Below, one piece after another: positions 52,536 to 62,732 of a stretch of DNA of 62,732 bases; the stretch's first letter is position 1, and every line of letters begins with the position of its first letter. The DNA lies in assembly GCA_965178125.1 (NCBI GenBank), contig OZ237744.1, positions 1,302,001 to 1,364,732 on the forward strand, read 5' to 3'. The translations under genes and the position numbers were made by a program. The stretch is from Bilabrum cf. latius (Eukaryota). The notes under the pieces were generated by a model. The model saw only the letters and a program-made list of their open reading frames with translations. It was not told the origin of the DNA and ran no database searches.

Positions 52536-54196
52536 TCACTTCTCCTCCAGCTCCAGGTCGAACTCTTTGCCCGTCACACGCTTGTAGACCTCGAGGGCAT
52601 CGCTCATGGTGCTCTCAAAGTGAGAGGTGGCATCGTACGAGGTCGTAAGGTAGCACTTGTCCTCGGCGCCATCCGAGACGGGCTCGTAGTACGGCACCCG
52701 GTTGTGGAACTTGCACACCATCTTGCCGAGCAGCTCGAGGGCAGGCTCGACCTCCTTCTCGGGCTCCTTGGTCTCTGCCCTGGTGCTCACGATCGCCAGG
52801 TACTTGCCCTTGGGCACCACCTTGTGCTGCGAAGATAGGATGGAGATATACACGTCGTTGCTGCGACCCAGCTGCTTCTGCGGCAGGATGATCTGCGCCG
52901 ACTCGGTCTTGTCGAACTCGGTGATGCACGAGGGTTTCTGCGCCAGGATGCAGATGGTCCGAATGATCTCTCCGTTGGCCTTGCGCTTGTCCTCGGGGAA
53001 GTACGTGGGGTCTCCAATCACGGCCTTGGCAGTCGCCGCGCACCCGTCCTCGTCCACGATCCCCACGGCCACGCCCTTGTCGTCGCTAATCACCTCCTGG
53101 AACTTGCACCTGAGCATGAACACGCCGCCCGCCAGAGCCGCGTACCTGCTGAAGCTCTCAGGCAGCGCCGAGAGGCCGTACTCGGGGTACAGGAAGGGGC
53201 ATCCCCCGAAGGCCTGGAGCGATTCGGCGTACAGCCTGATCTCCTTGATCGTGTTCACGGCCGGCTGTCCCTTGTACGAGTCCTCCGTCTGCAGCGCCAT
53301 GGCGTGCCCCACGAAGTCCTGCGTGTCCTCGCTGAGCCCGTACTCCTTGTACAGCTCGCCCATGGTCATCTTGGTCAGGTCGCGGCCCTTGCCGTCCTGG
53401 GCCTTGTCCACGTCGCACTTGGAGCAGTAGACGAGAAAGTTGCGCAGGGCATTCTTCTCGAAGGTGCCCACCAGCCCCGTCGAGATCGCCTCCGTCTCCG
53501 TGGCGGGGACCTTGTCGATCCCGGGCGCACCGGACGTGAAAATCCCCTTCCCCTTCGTGCGCGTAAAAACGAAGCTGCCATGCACCTTGTAGAAGTCGAT
53601 GTAGGCTTGAGTGTTGGTCTTGCGCAGCAGCTTGACCAGCTTTCCCTTGGCCATCACGAACTTTGGGATCAGGTCCACGCAGAAGGAGTTGTCGCGGCCC
53701 ATCGCAGACACATACTTTTCCGGTGGCTTCTCGTCCTTGATAAACTTCCGGTACAGCTACTGCGAGAGAGGTGCGTAGAAACACAACCAACCGGCGCGAG
53801 AGAGAGTGTGGCACAAAAACTCAGGCAGGCGCGAGCATGGCGCGCGATGCTTCCTTGCTCACCGAAGCACTAAGGGAAGAAGTCTGTCCCCCGTAGAAAT
53901 CATTTCGATCGACAACCAGAACCTGCGCGAGAAATGGACACCGCAGCGAGATAAGATGGTACCTGGTTGCGTATGGCGTTGGTGGCTCCCCCCCTCGTCC
54001 GCCATGGGCTCACCTTTTGCTTGTCGTGGGTGAGCAGACCAGATAGAATGCACTCCTTGAGTCCAGTTCCACACACAATGTAGTCGTACTGACCGTCAGC
54101 TAGAGGCGGGTACTCCTTGTCACCGATCTTCACGGGAGCTGGCCCCTTCGGCGCCTCGCTGTCTGCAGGTGCTCCAGATCCTTCTACTCCTGCCAT
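52536..54196 (-). CDS. GDI1: Rab GDP-dissociation inhibitor; introns 53923-54013 and 53760-53862
   Basis: YDYIVCGTGLKECILSGLL, VDRNDFYGG, [TAG]LYRKF, VDLIPKF, SYDATSHFE. TGA stop. Confidence 0.93.
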
Positions 54197-54383
54197 TATG
54201 CGCGGGATGTATAGTCAGAGGGATTCAAACGACCTATCCAGACGAGGATAACGTGAAGCGTGGCCTGGAAATCGCTTGGCGTCGCGCGCGGTGGTTGTAA
54301 CCTCTACGCGATATCTGAGGAAGAAGACAATAAGTGTCCAGTCGGTTGACGGCCAGTTCAAACGAATCTAGCAGACCCAAGTG

Positions 54384-54956
54384 ATGGCAGCCGCTGGCCG
54401 ACCAGACATCGGTAAGCTTATTGGAGATACTCTTCTGAGCACACTGCAAGGCGAGGAGGAGAAACTTGATGCTGAGATCGCCGACTTGGACCGCAAGAAA
54501 GAAGAGGACGAGCTTGAATCGATTCGAAGAAAGAGATTAGAGCAGATGCGAAAGGTCGCGAAACAGAAAGAAGCGTGGCGTCGGGCAGGTCATGGCGCAT
54601 ACAACGAGATCACGGACCAGAAGACTTTCTTTGACGAACTAAAGGGAAGCAAGCGAGCGGTGGTGCACTTTTACCGACCGTCTGCCTGGCGTTGCGACGT
54701 CCTTCACAAGCATTTGGGAGCCTTGGCAACTCGTCATATTGAGACCAAATTTGTCAGAATCAATGCAGAGAAGGCTCCCTTTCTGTGTGAACGGTTGAAG
54801 ATTTGGATGATCCCCTCGATGGTTCTCGTGAAGGAAGGCAAGACTGAGCATACCATCCAGGGCTTTGATGAGCTCGGTGGGGACAAGGTGACAGGGAAGC
54901 AGCTAGAGGACGTACTACTGGCCCATGAAATGCTTCTGGAGGCGTACTGCCAATGA
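54384..54956 (+). CDS. TXNDC9: Phosducin-like protein 3 / TXNDC9
   Basis: ELESIRRKRLEQM, GHGAYNEI, VVHFY, HIETKFVRINAEKAPFLCERL, GFDELGG. TGA stop. Confidence 0.88.
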   Translation: MAAAGRPDIGKLIGDTLLSTLQGEEEKLDAEIADLDRKKEEDELESIRRKRLEQMRKVAKQKEAWRRAGHGAYNEITDQKTFFDELKGSKRAVVHFYRPSAWRCDVLHKHLGALATRHIETKFVRINAEKAPFLCERLKIWMIPSMVLVKEGKTEHTIQGFDELGGDKVTGKQLEDVLLAHEMLLEAYCQ

Positions 54957-55668
54957 CTTCGTATTCCTGCCTGCTTGGCTGCATTGAGTGTGTCAGAGCA
55001 AGCTCCATTCCCATTTTTCCACGATATTTCGTGTATCCCCCATGAGAGTACTACGTGGGCTGCTAGTAGTAGTACTTCGTGGTGAAAGCGTGTCGGCGAG
55101 GAAGGTTTTGCTTCAGTCTCACTGTCTAAAGTGATATCAGTGCATGTTGCTACGGGTCCAACGAGCACACACCCTGACTCACGAAACAAGGGGAGACATA
55201 AATACGCTATAATCCGCATAATAGTAGTGTTCTAGGCTAAGCTGAATCGTCCGTAGGCGTTCTGTAAAGGGGACCTCAGCTTGCAAGTGACCGCGCATGC
55301 ACACGCCAAGGAATGAAAATAGTTCAACACGGCACGACGACACAAACCAATAATGAATCGGTAGGAATCTTGGCCGGCTCGCCAGACATCATGCGCTGCA
55401 ATCCCAGCTGGATCTTGTCGCAGGCCAAACAGCAACACTGTCTCGGCCTTGTGGCAGGGATGCTCACAAACATCGCTCTACCAGTATCAGCTAAGAGTAT
55501 AAATACTCAATATCAGAGCAAATCCCCCGCGACTTCAGCCATGTACGACCTACTCTGCCGTGGCGACATGGAAATGTAGGTGCTTGAAATGTACCGTGCT
55601 ATTTTGGAAAATCACTCTACGGCCGCACGACAAAGGTTAAAAAGCTCCAAATCCCATCACCGCACGCC

Positions 55669-57968
55669 ATGATTAACCCTAATGTCCAGATGCAGCCGTA
55701 GATTATTTTGCTGAAGGATGGTACTGATACAAGCCAGGGGCGGGGATAGCTCGTGTCGAACATCAATGCTTGCCAGGCGGTAGCCGAGGCTGTTCGAACT
55801 ACTTTGGGACCCCGCGGCATGGACAAGCTCATCCATGCCGGAGATAGAGTGAGGTTTAGCTAAGACTTCATAGATTTTTGCGATGAGATGCACGCCATAT
55901 GCTTTGCCCTCCTTCCGTGAGCTTGTACTTGCACTCCCTATTGGATTCAACTTCGCAGGTAACTATCAGCAACGACGGTGCGGAGATCATGGGCCTGCTC
56001 GATATTGTGCACCCTGCTGCTAAGGTTCTCGTTGATATTGCCAGGGCGTAGGATGCCGAGATCGGAGATGGCACCACAACTTGCGTGCTGCTTGCCGGCG
56101 AGCTGCTGCTCGAGGCCAAGCGATTCATCGAGGAAGGAGTGCACTCGCAGGTAATCATCAAGGTAAGTGCGACAAAAAGTATCATTATAGTCTGTGTGCC
56201 TTGTGCAATTAGCTGCCATACGAACAAATGCGCATGTCCACGGTGTTTCGCCTCGCAGGGGTACCGCTTGGCTGTCCAGCACGCCCTTGACGTGGTTCGG
56301 CAGCTTGCCCTCGGCATCGAGGATGCCGCTGCGTACAAGAGTGACGGCCCTGCTGCATCAGCTTCTGCCGCTGCGCCTGCTCCTCAGGCCGCCACTGCAC
56401 CTGCCGCTGCGTCGGGTGCTGGCTCCTCGGTGGTTCCCGCTGGCAAGTCCACCGGGGCGCGCCGCGCTTTGCTCGAGAAATGCGCCAAGACTGCGCTCAA
56501 CTCTAAGTTGATTTCCAGGTATCAGGACTTCTTCGCCCCCATGATAGTGGACGCCATCGAGTGCCTGGGCGAGGACCTGGACCTCTCCATGATCGGCATC
56601 AAGAAGGTGGCCGGCGGGTCCGTCACAGACTCGTTCCTCGTGGATGGTGTGGCGTTCAGGCGGACCTTCTCGTATGCTGGTTTCGAGCAGCAGCCCAAGC
56701 GTTTCGCCGAGCCGAAGATCCTGCTGCTCAACCTGGAGCTGGAGCTAAAGTCGGAGCGGGAGAACGCCGAGGTGCGGATCGAGGACCCTACCAAGTACCA
56801 ATCCATCGTGGATGCCGAGTGGGAGATCATCTACGACAAGCTCCGCAAGTGCGTCGAGTCTGGGGCCAACGTGATCCTGTCCAAGCAGCCGATCGGGGAC
56901 CTCGCCACACAATACTTCGCAGACAGGGACGTATTTTGCGCCGGGCGCGTGCCGCACGGGGACATGCAGCGCATCGCCAAGGCCACTGGTGCCAGGGTGC
57001 AGACCACTGTGCGCGGGCTGGCGGACGATGCGTGGGTGCTGGGCAAGTGCGAGGTCTTCGAGGAGAAGCAGGTGGGCGCGGAGAGGTACAACATCTTCCG
57101 GGGGTGCCCCGAGGCAATGACCGCCACCATGGTGCTGCGAGGAGGAGCGGAGCAGTTCATCGCCGAAACGGCGCGCTCCGTGCACGACGCCCTGATGATC
57201 ACCAAGAACTGCGTGCGGTCCTCCAAGATTGTGGGCGGCGGCGGTGCCATCGAGATGGAGGTATCGAGGCGGTTGCGCGACATGGCCCTGTCCATCGAGG
57301 GCAAGCTGCAGCTCGTGGTGCTGGCATTCGCGAGGGCCCTCGAGGTCATCCCCAGGCAGATCTCGGGGAACGCTGGCTTCGACGCGACGGACATCTTGAA
57401 CCAGTTGAGGCACAGCCACGCGGGCCATGCCGGACCCATGCCGGGGGTGGCCGCCAGCGGGAGTGATGCGCGATTTTCGGCGGCCCCCGCGCTGGTGGAG
57501 GCTGCTGCGGCTGGTCGCATGGCCACGATGCCGTCAGCGACTGCCTCCACGGCCGGCGGCTCTGGGGCCTCCGAGAGCAAGGAGAGCGAGGAGGAGCGGG
57601 CCATCTCCAAGGGGGGTGCGCAGGGGACTAGCAAGCCTTCCTCCATGGTATGGGCCGGCGTGGACATCAACCTCGAGGGGGTCTGCGACACGGTCGAGTC
57701 TGGGGTGTGGGAGCCGGCGGCCAGCAAGGTGTCGAGCTTCCAGGCCGCCTGCGAGGCTGCCTGTCTGGTGCTGTCCATCGATGAGACTGTGCGCAACCCG
57801 AGGTCCGAGGGGGCCCCTCAGATGGGCGGGCCTGGCATGGGGGGAGGCGCGGGGATCGGCCGCGGCAAGCCGATGAGTGCTGCCATGGGCGGCGCAGGAA
57901 TGCGGGGCATGATGGGAGGCGCGGGCGGCAGGGGCATCCGCGCATTCCAGGGCAAGGGTGGCAAGTGA
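55669..57968 (+). CDS. CCT7: T-complex protein 1 subunit eta; introns 55849-55958 and 56163-56258; TAG at 55699, 55747, 56049
   Basis: MQP[TAG][15 protein letters not shown][TAG][23 protein letters not shown][TAG][24 protein letters not shown] stop. Confidence 0.95.
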
Positions 57969-58135
57969 GGGTGCCGGCGGCAGTCTCCGGATACCTGGTG
58001 CGACTCGCCCAACCCAGGACCTTGATTCTGATTGGTGTGCAGCTTACAAGCCTGCTTACCAGTATATATTTAGAACTAAAAAGAGTCGATGTGCTCGCGC
58101 ATTCTGCCAGTCGCCCCTGCAACGGTCAGCTCGCC

Positions 58136-59542
58136 TCACGCCGACAGTGCGTCTGCCCCCCACCGCCGCTGTGCAAACCTGTGGACTGCAATCGCGCGCG
58201 ACGACCTGATGTCTTCTTGCAGCTGTCGCTAAACCACGGCGTGGACCACCGCGGCGATCATGAACAGAACAGCGCGGGCGCCGGTCGCCGCTCGGAAAGC
58301 CGACACGCGATCGAGTGCTTCAGTTGACTGCGACGCTGCCGCATTCGACTGCACCTCTGCGGCAGACTACCCGCTGGCTGCTGAAACGAGGCTCTCCGCT
58401 GGACCAGTGAGCAGCGTGGCCAGGTGGCCCCCGATCAGCAGAAGCAGCACGCTCAGCCGGGCCGCCTGCAGACCCGTGGATGCGGGAGCCACGAAAGCAC
58501 TGGCAGGGGCTGGGAGCGCGAGCTCGCTGTCAGCAGGGTCCACGGATCTGCCCTGCGCCATGGCCGCCTGCCTCCTGTCGAATGCCTCCTGCGCCACGGG
58601 GAGCGAGCCGGCCGTGCGCAGCGAGGCCGCCAGCGGGCGGGAGCACAGGCCCATGCTGTGCGCCGCGCCCAGGATGCAAATGGACGCCAGGGTCACGATC
58701 ACGGTTCGGGCCGTCCCACTGAACAGAGCACTGGTGCTGATGAAGGCGGCATCGCTGGCCTCCCTGGCAGACACGAGCGCAAGGGCTAGTGCGAACCCAG
58801 CCAGCACAGCAGTGCCCAGGTCTGTGGCGCCCAGCAGTGCCGCCTCGATGCCCATGGACCAGGGCATGCGAAGAGGGCGCCCAAGCACGTCCATGGGGGT
58901 CGCGCCCTCGCCTCCTACCCGAGGGGGCGGCGGGGGAGGCCGGGGCTTGGGCGCTGGCTCCTGCGCCCTCCCACCACGCACGCGCACGAACTTTCCCGTG
59001 GCTGCCATTTCTGCGAACAGTGCTTCCCCTTGACCTTCCCAAAACCCAGCTCCGGCCTGATTTCCAGCATTGCCGGAAGCCGTGCCGGACCCGTCACCGG
59101 CCCGACCTGCAGTTCCAGGTGCAGACGCACCAGCCGCATGCCCAAGGCTTGGGCCGAACCCATGAGAGGCGGTCCACGTCACAGCAGCTGTGCCCCTGGC
59201 ACCTGGATCCATGCTTGACGAAGCAGCTGCCCTTTGGGAGCTGAGTGTCGCCCCTTGCGGTGGCATCGCCGATGAAGCAGTCAACACCAGCGACTGCCCC
59301 CGGCTACTGGACGCGAAAGAAGATGCATCGGTCTACCCAGGAAGAGCTGGTAGATTAAACGACCCATCCACTTGATGATACGGTTTGCCGTCGAAACGAA
59401 TCGAACCCCCCAGGGGATCAGCAGAGCTGGAACCCATGGCCTCTGCCTGCAGTCCAGACTACGCGGTGGATGCCAAAACATCTGAGGCCTCAACCACCAA
59501 CCTAGGGGCTGCTACTCTGCTGCTACTTAAACTCGAACTCAT
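58136..59542 (-). CDS. Hypothetical multi-pass membrane protein; about 4 in-frame TAG
   Basis: Track ORF 58367-59287 extends both ways through TAG only, to ATG 59542 and TGA 58136. Several hydrophobic segments. Confidence 0.5.
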
Positions 59543-59677
59543 CACGGTCACAGTCTCCAAGCGATCACTTGTGTGGTGCCCAATGGTTCTATCGAAATCC
59601 AACGGAAGGCATTTGTGTGTGATGAGTGTAATCGCATTTCACGTTGTGTGCAAATCAGTGCAATTTATATCGCCCAC

Positions 59678-61235
59678 ATGTCCGCTAGCACTATACCTAC
59701 CCTCATACATACATTAAAAGGTCATGTGGGGTCGATTGAAACGGTCCGGGTCTCACCAGGTGCTGACCAGGTGGCTACAGGGGGAGCCGATGGCAGACTC
59801 CTTGTGTTCCATATTAATGGCCCAAGCAAGGGCCGAGCCTTCAAGTACTCTGGCCATACCGGACCAATCCATGATGTGAAGTTTTCGCCAGGTGGCGATG
59901 TGGTTGCTTCAGCTTCAGCAGATCGTACTATTCGAATATGGAAGAATTCTGTGTGAGTCTGCGTTTGAACCTTTGGGCTACCACCGCCCAATGCTAGTCG
60001 CAATCACGCCGTTTAACCCAACAATACGCTTTGAAGTAAATTGACTTATTCCATTTATCATGCAGCCGGGGTGACTACGTATCAATCAAAGCACACTCAG
60101 GGGCTGTGCGTGGGCTGCACTGGTCGTGGGATGGAGCTCACCTCCTGAGTTGCTCAGACGACAAGTCCGTCAAATTGTGGGCGCTACCTTCAAGGCGCTT
60201 CTAGTGTTCATTTCTTGGTCACACGAACTGGGTGCGCTCGGCGGCGTTCAACCACGACTCGACAAGTATTGCTAGCGGCTCGGATGACACGAACGTTCGA
60301 ATCTTTGATGTGGCCACGTAGAAGTGCTCATAGGTTTTGCGGGAGCATGCAACGTGAGCAATGCGCAGTTAAGCATGTACTGTTAGGTTTCACTGCAAGG
60401 AAAAGACGTCTCTTAGACCCTAACTCTCCTTCTCCACTGCAGCCCTGTGTCCCACGTGGGCTTCCACCCAGACGGCTCCATTGTGGCTGCCAGTGCGGCA
60501 GACGGGTCTCTCAAGCTATGGGATGTCCGGGACAAGGCCCTATTGTAGCACTATGATGCCCACCAGGGAGCGTGCAGGCAGTTTCAATTCCACCCGAGCG
60601 GCAACTTTATCCTCTCCTCGGGAGACGACGGCGCCGCCCGGATCTGGGACCTGCGAGAGGGGCAGCTGCTCTGCGGGTTGCGAGGGCATGTCGGAAGTGT
60701 GAACTCGTGCTGCTTCTCTCCTGATGGGTCACTCGCTAGCACAGCTGGCGAAGATGGGTTGGGTATGGTGTGGGATGTCCACCGCCAGCTGGAGGGACGA
60801 CCACTCAAGGCGACATCGCGACCTGCTGGGGTCAAGCACCGGCATAGTGGTGAATCGAGTCCAGATCTTGCCCCAAGAGCTGATGACGCAGGCTCAGGCG
60901 ATGACTTAGGCAAATGCGAGGGCAAAAGTGCGATGCCAGGTGCGTCAGCAGCAGCTGGCGGTGCGGGTGATGAAGAAGCTGCTCTCGCTGCCCCTGAAGC
61001 AGGAGCACGCTTCGGCCTTGCCGAAGGCACTACTGCAGGGGTGGTGCATCAAGGTGCGCGTGTGATCTCCGATGATGCAGTGTCTGACAGCTAGAAAGAC
61101 CTTGGGGGGCGCATCCTGCAGGAGCTCTCCGGGATCCATGAGACACTAGCCAGGCTTGAGGCCAGACTGACACACTCCGAGGACAGGCTTGGCGCTGTCG
61201 AGCAGGCCATGCAGGCCCGCGGTGCTCTTTCATGA
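59678..61235 (+). CDS. POC1: POC1 centriolar WD40 protein; introns 59953-60065 and 60354-60442; 5 in-frame TAG
   Basis: WD40 repeats with RAFKYSGH, SDDKSVKLW, GHTNWVRSA, LL[TAG]HYDAH, FHPSGNFI, IWDLREG. C-terminal coil LEARLTHSEDRL lies beyond TAG 61092. TGA at 61233. Confidence 0.88.
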
Positions 61236-61430
61236 TATTCAATGGCTTGCTGTGTTTGCCTTGCGCAAGAGTATTGGTATTGTCCACTTTCGCCCTGACT
61301 TGATCGGCTTCTCAGCAAATCCAGAAACCACACACGGAACCCCCCCCGGGGGCGGAATTCGGATTCCGGGTGGTACTTCAAGACAGGGTCAAACTTCACG
61401 AGGACTACTGGCCAATGCATCTCCGTGCCA

Positions 61431-61595
61431 GCTTAGGCCGCCCACCATCCACCGCCCCTTCTGCGCATCTCCCCAACCATCTACTCGGCGTGGGCCGGCC
61501 CATCCACCGCACCCTCTGCGCATCTCCCAAACCACCCACTCGGCGTGGGCCGGCCCATCCACCGCACCGTCTACGCATCTCCCAAACCACCCACT
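61431..61595 (+). repeat. 55-bp telomere-adjacent tandem repeat, about 3 copies
   Basis: CGGCGTGGGCCGGCCCATCCACCGCACC...CCCAAACCACCCACT starts at 61486 and 61541, with a degenerate copy upstream. Confidence 0.85.
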
Positions 61596-61596
61596 T

Positions 61597-62232
61597 TTAG
61601 GGTTAGGGTTAGGGTTAGGGTTAGGGTTAGGGTTAGGGTTAGGGTTAGGGTTAGGGTTAGGGTTAGGGTTAGGGTTAGGGTTAGGGTTAGGGTTAGGGTT
61701 AGGGTTAGGGTTAGGGTTAGGGTTAGGGTTAGGGTTAGGGTTAGGGTTAGGGTTAGGGTTAGGGTTAGGGTTAGGGTTAGGGTTAGGGTTAGGGTTAGGG
61801 TTAGGGTTAGGGTTAGGGTTAGGGTTAGGGTTAGGGTTAGGGTTAGGGTTAGGGTTAGGGTTAGGGTTAGGGTTAGGGTTAGGGTTAGGGTTAGGGTTAG
61901 GGTTAGGGTTAGGGTTAGGGTTAGGGTTAGGGTTAGGGTTAGGGTTAGGGTTAGGGTTAGGGTTAGGGTTAGGGTTAGGGTTAGGGTTAGGGTTAGGGTT
62001 AGGGTTAGGGTTAGGGTTAGGGTTAGGGTTAGGGTTAGGGTTAGGGTTAGGGTTAGGGTTAGGGTTAGGGTTAGGGTTAGGGTTAGGGTTAGGGTTAGGG
62101 TTAGGGTTAGGGTTAGGGTTAGGGTTAGGGTTAGGGTTAGGGTTAGGGTTAGGGTTAGGGTTAGGGTTAGGGTTAGGGTTAGGGTTAGGGTTAGGGTTAG
62201 GGTTAGGGTTAGGGTTAGGGTTAGGGTTAGGG
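61597..62232 (+). repeat. (TTAGGG)106 telomeric array
   Basis: Perfect 636-bp array, G-rich strand on +. Confidence 0.98.
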
Positions 62233-62293
62233 TATCTAATATAAAGTCAGGGACAGGGTCGGGGAAAAAATATTTTCATCTTCATTTTTTTGT

Positions 62294-62732
62294 CGAAAAT
62301 GTGCCCTCTGCGATCTCAGCAACTAGAATAGGTATGAAGATGATTCAAACTGTTTTGGGATGGCCTAGGGCCATATCATGGGGCAAATGTTCCCCAGGTT
62401 CCGTTTTGACCGCGCGGCGACGATACTGGCTGATGAAGATTTACATGCCGAAAATGTGCCCTCTGCGATCTCAGCAACTAGAATAGGTATGAAGATGATT
62501 CAAACTGTTTTGGGATGGCCTAGGGCCATATCATGGGGCAAATGTTCCCCAGGTTCCGTTTTGACCGTGCGGCGACGATACTGGCTGATGAAGATTTACA
62601 TGCCGAAAATGTGCCCTCTGCGATCTCAGCAACTAGAATAGGTATGAAGATGATTCAAACTGTTTTGGGACGGCCTAGGGCCATATCATGGGGCAAATGT
62701 TCCCCAGGTTCCGTTTTGACCGCGCGGCGACG
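62294..62732 (+). repeat. 155-bp tandem repeat, about 2.8 near-identical copies, runs off the window
   Basis: CGAAAATGTGCCCTCTGCGATC starts at 62294, 62449 and 62604. Confidence 0.95.

Noticed and set aside
54734-55600. Possible gene between TXNDC9 and CCT7 via TAG read-through
   Set aside because: No recognisable motif or convincing start, and the minus-strand frame overlaps TXNDC9.
55699-56051. UAG as pyrrolysine, Leu, Glu, or A-to-I-edited Trp
   Set aside because: The conserved columns are Gln. U-to-C editing is not formally excluded without RNA data, but it would be expected to repair TAA/TGA as well.
6309-61235. Region of mass pseudogenisation or RIP-like C-to-T damage
   Set aside because: Only TAG interrupts frames. 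I found no in-frame TAA/TGA or frameshifts, and catalytic motifs and splice sites are intact.
61189-62486. (LG)n and (VR)n ORFs
   Set aside because: They are translations of the telomere array.
61431-62732. CRISPR-like array
   Set aside because: The repeats are head-to-tail without unique spacers, there are no cas genes, and the context is eukaryotic.
1-62732. Suppressor tRNA-Gln(CUA) or eRF1 gene in this window
   Set aside because: None recognisable by eye. It needs tRNAscan-SE and a homology search on the whole genome.

Overview
Gene-dense, GC-rich nuclear DNA of a flagellated protist. It has short GT-AG introns, SPAG6 and POC1, a NAF-domain kinase and TTAGGG repeats. A heterotrophic stramenopile is my best guess, but it is not provable here. 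The key signal is a non-standard nuclear genetic code in which UAG is read as glutamine. By hand I find about 100 in-frame TAG codons in about 25 of 30 genes. Several sit at strongly conserved Gln positions (CCT7 QDAE, POC1 LLQHY, CYP ALQFG, ASPH AQPxW, DRG PQ). I found no in-frame TAA or TGA in any inferred exon, and genes end in TGA (about 28) or TAA (2). The supplied ORF track uses the standard code, so it fragments most genes; all CDS coordinates below are re-derived with TAG=Gln. The window also has a CHAT-protease/P-loop NTPase gene, a CYP7-clan P450, two bacterial-looking secreted proteins and two NFU1 paralogues. It ends with a 106-copy TTAGGG array about 360 bp after POC1, followed by a 155-bp tandem repeat rather than a chromosome end. 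Family assignments come from recalled motifs, not database searches.
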